From: Pelomyxa schiedti
Taxonomy: Eukaryota > Protista > Evosea
DNA length: 58,486 nucleotides
Assembly (NCBI GenBank): GCA_020536535.1
Contig: JAHLWZ010000451.1
Span: forward strand, 1-58,486
Reading direction: 5' to 3'
Shown piece by piece: positions 22,525 to 32,693 of the stretch. Each line of letters opens with the position of its first letter. The stretch's first letter is position 1. Both the position numbers and the translations under genes were made by a program. Below the pieces are notes generated by a model. It was not told the origin of the DNA and made no database searches. It saw nothing but the letters and a program-made list of their open reading frames with translations.

Positions 22525-23013
22525 ATAAAAAAAAAAAACTCCAAAATTCTTGGTGTTGTTGAGGTTCCAGAGTCAAAGGACAAACAACACAGCTGAATTG
22601 TCATGAGGAAAAACCTGACTCGAGGTAGTTGGAGTGATGGGCGACGGATTCATGAGGACAACATCGTTTATCTTGCCGTATTCTGTTGAGCTCGTGGGAA
22701 ACAAGTGTAACTGTCGACTACTGTAAGATAGTGGTCTGAGTGAGGGATGTTGAGGACTGAACAAACATGTTTTTCTCATATCTTAGGTTGGCTTCACTAT
22801 TAAGGTGAGTCGGTTCGGTGGTAGCTGTTAGCATGAACTAGCTGGTTCCTGTAAGTGGCCATAATTAGAGGGCGAACTTGGAATCGCTCGACAGAGTCTT
22901 TGAGGAATCCTATGGACCGGCACCCGAACAACTTGCCCTCACAGTATTCCGGCATAATGAGGATTTCTCCAAGGGTCTGGGCACAATCTAGAAGAAACTA
23001 GTCTCTGATCAAG

Positions 23014-24519
23014 ATGGCTGACGACGCGCCACGAGAGGTTTTTCGTAAATATGAGAACCTAGTTAGAATTAGAGGTTCGTATGGCCTCATGTGGCAAGTA
23101 GTCTTCAGATTTGTTTGATGGGAGCACCGACACTCGAAGGGACTGGAAAAATCAACTTTGAGGAGATGCCTTATCAAACGAGTACCTGACGTTTTCAAAG
23201 ACGAACAATCGACAATGAAAGCGTACCGAGAGCTTCACATTTTGTTGCATTTGGGAAAACACGAAAATATTGTGGCTCTCGTTGACTTCTTGTTTGTACG
23301 CACGCTTGTTTGTCCATCCGAACACGGAATGGTCTCACAACACCTTTTTAAGGCCAAAAACAGTGGGCACCTGTTTGTCATTTATGAATTCATTGATACA
23401 GATCTGCACCAACTGATAAGGGCTGGAATCCTGGAACCTGTCCACAAGCAGGTGAGAGGCTCAATGTGTGATTGATTCGTTGTTCTGACACGGTTCTTGC
23501 AAGTATATTGTGTACCAAATTCTCAAAGCCTTGTTATGGATTCATTCTTCCGGACTGATTCACTTGTAAGTGTAACCTTTGTCCACTGTGACTTAATCGT
23601 GTTTAGTCGAATCAAACCAAGCAACATACTCGTCACCGAAGACTGCACAGTTAAGGTTTGCTCCCTTCTAGTGTGAAAGGGGTTTTTTCCCGGTTTAGCC
23701 CTTATGACGAACCCTGTGCATCATTTGGTTGAACCATTCGCATGGCGAGTGGGTGTATCAGGAATGCTCAGGAGACACTTTTTCGCCATAAAGGGTTAAG
23801 ATCTAATTGCCAACAGCTATGTGCCTTTGATAACACTCAGGGTATTGGCATGAGGAAGCCACCTGACAATGGTAAGTGAGTGGGTAATCACTGGCAACTT
23901 TTCTTTTTTACAGGTCTCTATGGTATCCGGTGGTACACCGCCCCTGAAGTATTTCTTGGCTGTTCTAAAGTTACACCCGGTATTGATTTATGGAGTGTTG
24001 GGTGAGCCAATATTTATCCATCACCTGTCACTCACAACCACAAAAAAACAGGTGCATCCTTGCAGAAATGGAGACTCACAAGCCCATGTTTCCCGGAAAT
24101 TCCACACTTGACACCCTTGAAAGAATAATCTCTTTCACTGGGCCACCATCACCAGAGGACAAAGATGCAATGCAAAGTCCATTTTCAGACCAAATTTTGG
24201 AGTCGCTGTCTCCAAGGACAAATGATTGGGCAGATCTGATGAAGTCCTGCACCCCTGATGCCATGGACCTTCTCCGTTGGTTGCTTGTCCTCAATCCTTT
24301 CAAGAGACCATCAGCCAACGAGGTTTTTTCCAGTTCTTCTCTCCATTTCTCACACACCTTTTTCCACAGGCATTGTCACACCCGTTTCTCTCACAGTTCC
24401 ACGACTCTGATGTTGATGTGCCAATTTACAACTTCCAAACGTTCCACCAATACCCCTCAACAACTCCCACAAATCCGCAAGAATTCCTCCATGCGCTCCC
24501 CCCCAACGACCAGCATTAA
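23014..24519 (+). CDS. MAPK15/ERK7-like pseudokinase, copy 1
   Basis: RELHILLHLGKHENIV, YEFIDTDLHQLIRAGILEPVHKQ|YIVYQILKAL, RWYTAPE, PMFPGNSTLDTLERI and ALSHPFLSQFH are ERK7-like. The catalytic loop reads HFRIKPSN and the DFG position reads AFD. Confidence 0.88.
23695..23799. mobile_element. Putative piggyBac-like MITE or hairpin in a kinase intron
   Basis: The left end TTAG-CCCTTATGACGAAA and the right end TTTCGCCATAAAGGG-TTAA are imperfect inverted repeats. Confidence 0.5.
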
Positions 24520-24614
24520 GAGCTACATGCTTACCGACAATATGCGTTTCAAAAACAACTCTGCAATTTCTCTTCTCCATCCTGCTGTTTCCAAGGAAAT
24601 CAGTCAACGGCAAG

Positions 24615-25967
24615 ATGCAGGGCATGCCGGTGTTCCCGGATCTCCCGCCCGTGGCAGTGTCCTCCTCGCCATCGGCGATCCGCGCGGTGCTCCAGTTCGT
24701 TGCCCTTATGACGTCGTCGCACGCACGGTGCGGCGCATGCAGCCCCGCGCGCCACGCCTGCTGCCTCTCCCCGCTAGCGCGCCACATATGGCGCAAGTGG
24801 GTCGTCGGCACCTCCGCGGTGATATCCCTGGTCGTGGAGCGCCGGCGCGACCCGATATACGAAATGTCCCTGGTGTCTCAGGCGGTGCCGTTCAGCGTGT
24901 CCAGAGCCACGCTGGGCATCACCCGCGACTTGAACACGGGCTGGAACAGCGACCAGTGGGTGGCCCCCGACGTGGCGGCAGAGAGGGGCAGCGGGGGCGG
25001 CTCGCGGCGCCTCGCCTCGCTCCGTCTCAAGAGGGAGAGGAGGGAAACGACGGGGGACGGCGACGGGAGATCCTACGGCGGGGGTGGCGCCGAGATCGGA
25101 GAAGGAGGGGGAGCGCGTGAGCACGGGGGCGACCGCGCTCTGCTGATTTGCAGGGAGGGAGTTTTGTGCGAGGCAGTAAACACCAAGTGGTGGGTCACCT
25201 GCGAGGTCGGGAGGGGAGGAACGGGTTCCGGCAAAAAGGTCACTCTGGCTGTTACTTGCATCCAGGGATACACTTCCTACCAGGTGCCAGCAGCAAGCGT
25301 TGATACTTTGGCTGGGATTGATGTTCCTTGGGACATTCCTGAGGAATGTCCAACAAGCCTATTCTTGGATAATGTTGTTTCAGATGAGGCACTGTTTGCT
25401 TTCTGTTGCCATGCCACCAAGATGATTTCCCTGACACTGTTTGATGTACGTAAAACCTACGAATCTAGGAGAATTGCAGTGTTGGTGCAGACGTCAACGG
25501 GAACAAATCAGGTGCAATCAGCCTCACTTGGTTTTGGGCCATTCAAAGTTCCTGTTGCATTGGTTTTGAGGAGGAAGAAGACTGATGGCCATGTTGTTTT
25601 CATTGTGAAGCCTGCAGATGGTAATGTCTTTCAAGTTGAGTCCACGACAGGTGTGGCAAAACTGCTGTCTACTCGTTGCTCTGATCTGTCACAGCTGAAT
25701 GATTACATGTTCTGCATGGCCTATGGCAATGAAAAGTCTTTTGAATTGTGGGACTGCCATAGTACAGACAAGCCAGTGAGGTGCATCCAACCAAGCAGTG
25801 ACAACTTTGACCAGGTCATTGCTGGTTGTGGGTTCTTGTTTGCAGTTACAAAAAGAGACAGGAAGATCCAGGTTATTGATGCTTCATCAGGGCTGGCTGT
25901 GATAGCTTTAGAAGTGTTATTTACCTCTGAATTCTTCATCAACCAACAGTACTCCTTCTTCTCATGA
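24615..25967 (+). CDS. HxR-box family, subfamily B, copy 2 (intronless, 450 aa)
   Basis: LQFVALMTSSHARCGACSPAR..LARHIWRKWVV, VNTKWWV, DEALF, LSQLNDYMFCM, ELWDCH and GFLF. Confidence 0.85.
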   Translation: MQGMPVFPDLPPVAVSSSPSAIRAVLQFVALMTSSHARCGACSPARHACCLSPLARHIWRKWVVGTSAVISLVVERRRDPIYEMSLVSQAVPFSVSRATLGITRDLNTGWNSDQWVAPDVAAERGSGGGSRRLASLRLKRERRETTGDGDGRSYGGGGAEIGEGGGAREHGGDRALLICREGVLCEAVNTKWWVTCEVGRGGTGSGKKVTLAVTCIQGYTSYQVPAASVDTLAGIDVPWDIPEECPTSLFLDNVVSDEALFAFCCHATKMISLTLFDVRKTYESRRIAVLVQTSTGTNQVQSASLGFGPFKVPVALVLRRKKTDGHVVFIVKPADGNVFQVESTTGVAKLLSTRCSDLSQLNDYMFCMAYGNEKSFELWDCHSTDKPVRCIQPSSDNFDQVIAGCGFLFAVTKRDRKIQVIDASSGLAVIALEVLFTSEFFINQQYSFFS

Positions 25968-26066
25968 CTAACAACACAAACCGATTTTGGGTACCCAACA
26001 AGTAAAGTTAGCACTGCCGCATTTCTTCCCATCACTTTTTATTATTCCAAAAGTGCAGTTGATCCG

Positions 26067-27710
26067 ATGGTCGACGAACCGGTGCCACCGGAGGTTTTGG
26101 ATAAATACAACCTCGTACAGAGAATGAGGAACTCGTACATCGTCACGTGGCAAGTAGTCTCGATGTGTTCACACGCTGTGACTTTATAATTGATGTGTGT
26201 CTGGGAGAAACACAACCAAGGGAACGGAAAAGGCGACTTCGAGGAGATGCTTCATAAAGCGGGTGATTGACATTTTCCAAGATAAGAATACAACGATGGA
26301 GTATTGTAGAGAGCTTCACGTTTTGTTGCATTTGGGGAAACACGAAAATATTGTGGATCTCATTGACTTCTTGTTTGTACGCATGCTTGTTTGTCGTTCC
26401 CGCCATGAAATAGGCTCACAACACCTTTTTAAGGCCAAAAACAGTGGGCACTTGTTTGTAATTTATGAATTCATTGAGTACGATCTTTATCAAGTGATAA
26501 GGGCTGGAATCCTGGAACCTGTTCACAAGCAGGTGAGAGCCCAAATGAGTGATTGAATGATTCGTTTTGCTGACACGGTTCTTGCAAGTATATTGTGTAC
26601 CAAATTCTCAAAGCATTGTCGTGGATTCATTCTGCAGGATTGATTCACTGGTAAGTATAGACATGATTGACTCTGAAGTCTCTGACTTGAACTAAGTCAA
26701 ATCAAGCCAAGTAATGTTCTCATCATTGAAGACTGTTCAATTAAGGTTCGCACACCTATCTTTTTTTCCCATTTTAGCCCTTATGGCAAAGCCTGTGGTA
26801 TCGCTTGCTCAAATATTCCCCACAACATGTCGCATGGCAAATGAGGGAGTATTGGCGATACCTCACAATACTATAAAGGGTTAAAATCTAAATGCCAAAA
26901 GCTGTGTGGCTTTGATCGTGCTGAAGGCATTGGAATACAACAGCCACCTGGACTCACTGGTAAGTGGTAAACGATGGAAATACCTCCCCTTTATTCCAGA
27001 TATCTGTTGTACCCGGTGGTACACCGCCCCTGAAGTATTTCTTGGCTGCTCTAGAGTTACACCCAGTTATGATTTATGGAGTGTTGGGTGAGCCAATATT
27101 TATCCATCACCTGTCACTCACAACCAACACACACAAAAAAAAAAACAGGTGCATTCTTGCGGAGATGGTGACTCAAAAGCCCATTTTTCCCGGAAATTCC
27201 ACGCTTAACACCCTTGAAAGAATAATCTCTTTCACTGGGCCACCATCACCAGAGGACCAAGATGCAATGCAAAGTCCATTTGCAGGCATGCCCTCTCGCT
27301 TTTCACCACTGAGAGTCTCATTGATTGTTATTTCAGGCCACGTCTTGGAGTCGCTGGCTCGAAGGAAAAATGATTGGGCAGATCTCATCAAGTCATGCAC
27401 CCCTGATGCCATGGACCTTCTCCGTTGGTTGCTTGTCCTCAATCCTTTCAAGAGACCATCAGCCAACGAGGTTTTTCCTTTCAGTTCTTCCCTTTTTCAC
27501 TGACACCAAAGTGAGGCATTGTCACACCCGTTTCTCTCGCAGTTCCACGACTCTGATGTTGATGTGCCAATTTACAACTTCCAAACATTCCACCAATACC
27601 CCTCAACAACTCCCACAAATCCGCAAGAATTCCTCCGTGCACTTTCACCACCCAACACCCACAATGCAACAATGAATGCAAGCTCCTCCTATCAACAACA
27701 CTCTTTCTGA
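26067..27710 (+). CDS. MAPK15/ERK7-like pseudokinase, copy 2
   Basis: Close paralog of 23014-24519, including intron sequence. The catalytic loop reads HCQIKPSN, the DFG position reads GFD, and the Gly-rich loop is lost (RMRNSYIVTW). Confidence 0.88.
26774..26884. mobile_element. Putative piggyBac-like MITE or hairpin at the equivalent position in kinase copy 2
   Basis: TTAG-CCCTTATGG...CTATAAAGGG-TTAA, plus an inner inverted pair TGTGGTATCGC / GCGATACCTCACA. Confidence 0.5.
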
Positions 27711-27964
27711 TTCAAAGTGTGAAGAACATCAAATTTTCACCTGTTGAAACCTCCATTCCAGCACCTCGTTAACGTCACTCTTTGCACAGCATGGAACTTG
27801 AAAAACGAAAAGAAAGAAAATTTGTGTTCTGAAATGTGTATGTCACTCTGCTTGAGCTGTCGTTTTTCTTTTGATTCAGAAGGACTTCAAACATGGCACT
27901 CCCCAAACACTCAGTGGTTCAGTGGAGGAACCCGCACTCCGAAGGTTTGTGATATTCCATAAAA

Positions 27965-29601
27965 ATGGGCAACCGCATAACGGCCGAGCCGACACCCACA
28001 ACGAGCGCGGTAGCGAAAAAAGCTCCCAACGAAGTCGGAGAGTTCTTCACGATTCGAGACCAACTGGTCGCGATGGCGACGAGCAAACACCGGCGAGCGG
28101 GGGCGGGGAGCAGGATGGGGGCACTCCTGGACGACGCGGCGATGGCGGGCATCGCGTGGATGCTGGTGCGCATGCAACCGCACGTGCCCGTGCTCATGGA
28201 GCCCCGCATGAAGGACAGGCTCTACACCGCCGCCGTCGTCGTGGCTCCCAACGGCAACGCCCGCGCTGTGGCTCTCGAGGGTGCCTTCTCCGACGACGCC
28301 GTCGGCACTTGTGGGTCTCAGAGGGTGCTGTTTGCGTCTTTGGCAGGGGAGAGGAGGTACGCGGACGTGGGGGTGTGGGATGCAGTTGTGGGAGGGGCTC
28401 CAGTGGCGAAATACAGGCTGGATGCTGGTGAGGGGATGAAATTGTTTCCAAACCAGGGAAGATGCTGTAATCACAGGTGGTTGGTGTGGGCATCATCAAG
28501 GGTTGGAAGAGGTGCGAAAATGTGAGTGTGGATTTTTTATTTTTTTTTTTGGCTTTTTGGTTTTCGCCCTTCTTTGTGTCTGGATTCATTTCTTTGTTGT
28601 CGGAGTGTTAGTTCTTATGTGGTACAGTTTAGTAAACTCCTTGTATTTGTTGGAGCATTTAACCCATTTTACAGTTTTGAGTGTTCCTTGCATGTGTGGT
28701 CACTCAAAACGAGCCATGTGCGCAGCATAACAGAGTTTATCGAATTTCTTCCTCCATCTTGTCATAATGCTTGTTCTATGACTTTTGAATGGACAACATC
28801 AAACTCTGCAATCAAGTTTCCTTCCAGAGTTCCTCCTGTCATATTCACGTGTTCCTTCCAACTCACAGTTACGGGGACGAAATGACTATTGTAATGGGAA
28901 CTGGGGTTCCTGATGGCAATACAGATTGTGCAATTCACCTTTTTCGCATGGACCTGTCCAGACCTACATCTATTGCACGACCGGCCTACATTACTTTCAC
29001 AGGTAATTTGCCCTCCTGTGGCACCCTATACAAGGCTAATACTAAGCCCCTACCCCCAACTCTCCACCTTCAAGGCCAAACAACATCACCGATGTCATAC
29101 TTTCTATGCGGAGGCAAGTTCCTCCTGCACCATGATGCGTCTGCCAAGCGACCGTATGTTCTCACCAACGTTCACACCGGCCAGACCATCCTAGAACTCC
29201 CCAACATTTCTACCCCCGGTTGCACCCTCTACCAAACCAGCGAGACCCACTTGTTGTATCAGCCCGCAGGTTGTGCCGTACTGCTTGATTTATGGGCCAT
29301 AGATACCATCAGCCACAACAATAACGCAACCAAACAACAAGAACCAGAGCCAGAGACACAATCACCAGCACACGCGATACTAGAGAATTCCATAGTCATA
29401 CGGACCAGGTTACCAACCGCAGAGGACCTTGTGATAGGGCATGGGGTTGGAGGAGGCTACTTTGTGGTTGTTGGGGGTGGGGTTTCAGACAGATACTGCG
29501 AGGTTTACAACCCAGGAACGAGGTTCCCGTTTCTTCAAAAACTGGAGTCGACTCCTTCCTTGTGCCTTGGGAGGCTCTGCCTCCCCAGGTACGTGTGGTG
29601 A
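27965..29601 (+). CDS. HxR-box family, subfamily A, copy 3
   Basis: MGNRITAE start. Constant cassette, CNHRWLV, LHVW, GDEMTI, FLCGGKFLLH and GVGGGYFV. Confidence 0.85.
28040..28335 (+). repeat. 296-bp near-identical coding cassette, copy 3 of 3
   Basis: Direct match to 16808-17103 and 21045-21340. Confidence 0.97.
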
Positions 29602-29747
29602 CACCTCCCATTCACATTGTCTGTCTATTTGTCCTATTTGACTACAATGGAAATGTGTCATGTATTCTTTTTTTTTTTTTGCCCAAGACCAAGTGACTTC
29701 TTGAAATTTCACAATCAATAATTGTGATCATTGATTGGGGGAGTTGG

Positions 29748-31976
29748 ATGAAGGTAGATCGGAGGGTGATTGTCTCGTGGGGACTGTGGCTCGTATGGCT
29801 GCCGTTGACGTCGTTTTTTGCTGTTTGGGTTGGCGGCAGAGTAAGGCTTTTTTTTCCCTTTTAGAAGTTTGGTTTGGCTGTTACTTTTTGGATTAAAGAG
29901 AATAGCTTCCTGTGAATTATAGCTTGACTTTGATGTATTACTGCTGCTTGAGGTTTATGAGGCACCCTTTGAACAACAGACGTTATTTGACATTACCTCT
30001 GTTAATACTATTTGTGTGGTTCGGCTTCCTGGCTGGGTTCTGGGGAATGATGCCCTTATCCTCTGGAGTTGCTCTAGTCATCATTTTCGCTGTAACTTCG
30101 GAATTTCCTATCTCTATTTGTTACACTTGGTGCTAGATAACAATATGGATGTTAATACCAGTAGCATTCGACACGTTACTGTGTTTCACCAATGTAAGGA
30201 GAACGATACTCATCTATGTGTTCCCAATTACATGCACCGTGTTCATGGATGTGTATATTTTGGCCAACCCCTACGGGACAATAGGTTTTTTTTTGGTCAA
30301 TTGATCTCATGACTTTCCCCTTTAAGACATGCCTGGGGCAGAAATAGCTACTCAACTAATGGTTCTGCAATTACTTTCTTTGTTTGGCATACCTGGCCTT
30401 ATATTCTTTACAACCTGGATCTCTTCATTTATGGTCTCTGTACCTTTCTTATGGTTGGCTCATTTTCTCATATTGTTCACGTCTCATTTGGGAAAGGACA
30501 TCAAAAGAAAAAGAAAAAAATCCCAAAATACAGAATCGAAAAGTACACCTCTCTTTGATTGCTCTCTTTACTGTTGGGGTTTGTAGAATTTTACCCCTTT
30601 ATATTTCTCATCTTCATAGCTGTATTTTTTCTCTGGGGTAGCCATGATAAGTGATCCAGTCAATAGTGCTTATAATCCACCAGCAAATGTACGATTGGGT
30701 GCTGTGCTCATTGACGACTTTGAGAACCACCCTGCTGACTGGGTAAATCAATCTTTTGCAGTAAGTAAAAACGCTGCTGATGCAGGTTTGTGATCTTTTT
30801 CTTCCGGCAAGCAACTAATGTGGGAATAAGGGGCTAAAATAGTAATGTGGAGTGAGTGGGGGGTTCTTGTCAATACCTACCCGGGAGACCCACTTGACAC
30901 CACCAATTGCACTACAGGCTATTGCGATTTGCTAGCAAGAAGCCAAGAACTTGCGATATCCAGCAACATATGGTTTGCTCCATGTTTCATCCTTGAGGTT
31001 TACGAAACTGAAAGCACCAACTCAACCTGGGTGAGTTTTCCCATTCTTGTGCTTTTTCCACTAAAAAAACAAAGCTTTCTTCAACAAATCGGATACACAT
31101 ATTTTCACCAAATGGCACTATGGTTTTAGATTACACAAAGACATACCCTGTATGGGGGGCAGAGGTTCTTTCCCTTCCCATGGACCTGACTGCAAGAACT
31201 GACTTCCGATAGGATTTCATTACCCCAGGAGATGGGCACATCAGTTATGTAGACACTCCATACGGTAGAATAGCAGCTGTTGTGTGCGCTGATGCAGGCT
31301 ACCCAACGTTAATACAGCAGGCTGGTTGGAATTTTTACTCCCAACTCAAAAAGTTACGTCTATAAAAGGCCGGGATAAAGTGGATATCATGCTTGTTCCT
31401 TCGGAGGACTGGCAATCAATATACCGGCTCACAACGCGATTAATGATGTTCAGAGCTGTAGAAAATGGTATGGTTCAGGTAGGACCTTTCAAACTTGAGC
31501 CATCTAACCTGATTATCAAGGTTCGTGCCACCATTAGGGGCAGGTCTCAAGCAGTGGACCCAAGGGGAAATTTGCTTCTTGATTACAGTTTTTTTTCCTT
31601 CTTTCCTCGTGTTATATGTTGACCACATTCCAAATTAGACTTCTTTGAGTATCCTGGAAGCTTTACATGTGACGGAACAGACACCTGCAGACCAATACAC
31701 TTCATTTTGACCGATATTCCAACCAATGCACATCGGTTAATCCATCAGTAAACACTTTGACTTTAACCCTTCCCAAACACTAGGTTTACACTATATCCCT
31801 GGCTGTTTGATATCCCAACTTACCTGTGCTATGTCGTTTTCCTCTTTTGCCTCATTTTCATTGCACCCTGGGAGAAGTGGAAATGTGTCATCTCAGCAAA
31901 CATTCACGCACTTGTCAAAGCAACTATTTTGGAAACGCCCCCCGCCGGTCTCCTCATGGACAACACATCTGATTAA
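29748..31976 (+). CDS. Apolipoprotein N-acyltransferase (Lnt)-like membrane protein with a nitrilase/CN-hydrolase domain
   Basis: Multiple N-terminal TM helices and LQLLSLFGIPGLIF. Triad motifs MWSE, YTKTYPV and VVCAD. Also DIMLVPSEDW, FRAVENG, GRSQAVDPRG and TLYPWLFD, followed by a final TM. Confidence 0.82.
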
Positions 31977-32017
31977 AAAAATTCAACCAGATTTTGATCA
32001 TCAAAATAGAATAAACA

Positions 32018-32569
32018 ATGCAGGCTGACAACACGCAATTTTTCACAGTCCTGGCCCCCGTGCCACTGACAGAACCTTTCTCCTGGGACAGGCTGAGCGA
32101 AATTGTGGGAGCTGGAAAGACTGAACTGCTTGGCCGCGAACCAGCGGCACAAACCCAGTACGTTGAATCAATGAGGGGACTCAAGGGAACATGGAAGTCT
32201 GTTGATGACTTCATTCTCGTGAAGCACTTTGGTTGGACCCAGCGCAATGCAGCCTCGACATACCCCAGCCCAAATTGTGGTGCAGCAACAGCCCCCACGG
32301 CAGTGTGGGAGGCACACAGGCCCCCAGAATACGACGAATCCACGTTCGTGAGGCTGAGCGACAACGATTACCCCTACTGGGTAGAGGACGGCATACGGCA
32401 CCACGTGCTATGGAGCGGCCGGCACCTAAGCGAGGTCGAGGTCGACGCGGAGCTGGGCAGGGCCCTGGGCCCCGGCCACGATGTGATGTGGTTCGAGAAC
32501 AAGGGCGACAGGAAGTCTATAAAGAGGCTGCATCACGTCCAAGTGTTCTCGAGGAGGAAGTTGTGTTGA
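32018..32569 (+). CDS. DUF3605 family (GIG1-like) protein, intronless
   Basis: SWDRLSEIV..LGR, NDYPYWVEDGIRHHVLWS and WFENKGDRKSIKRLHHVQVF. Confidence 0.85.
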   Translation: MQADNTQFFTVLAPVPLTEPFSWDRLSEIVGAGKTELLGREPAAQTQYVESMRGLKGTWKSVDDFILVKHFGWTQRNAASTYPSPNCGAATAPTAVWEAHRPPEYDESTFVRLSDNDYPYWVEDGIRHHVLWSGRHLSEVEVDAELGRALGPGHDVMWFENKGDRKSIKRLHHVQVFSRRKLC

Positions 32570-32693
32570 GTAGATAGACAAAACGAATGGGTTGGGCCTT
32601 GTTTTTGTTTAGGGCCCCACATGCAAATACCGGTCACAAAATATCTTGATTGTTTCATATGGATAGGGTTTCTTTTACATTTTATTGACAAAA

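Noticed and set aside
22573-22960. Small minus-strand ORFs between A2 and pseudokinase 1
   Set aside because: They are short and have no motif or paralog; I cannot support a gene, though a remnant is possible.
23094-23139. GC-AG first intron in the pseudokinases (TG|GCAAGT)
   Set aside because: A canonical GT donor four bases downstream gives WQ|GLEK and WQ|GTEK, which fits the kinase alignment in both copies.
16808-28335. Diversity-generating retroelement template/variable repeats
   Set aside because: No reverse transcriptase is in the window, the differences are not adenine-specific, and the repeat is the constant 5' part of the genes rather than a variable 3' end.
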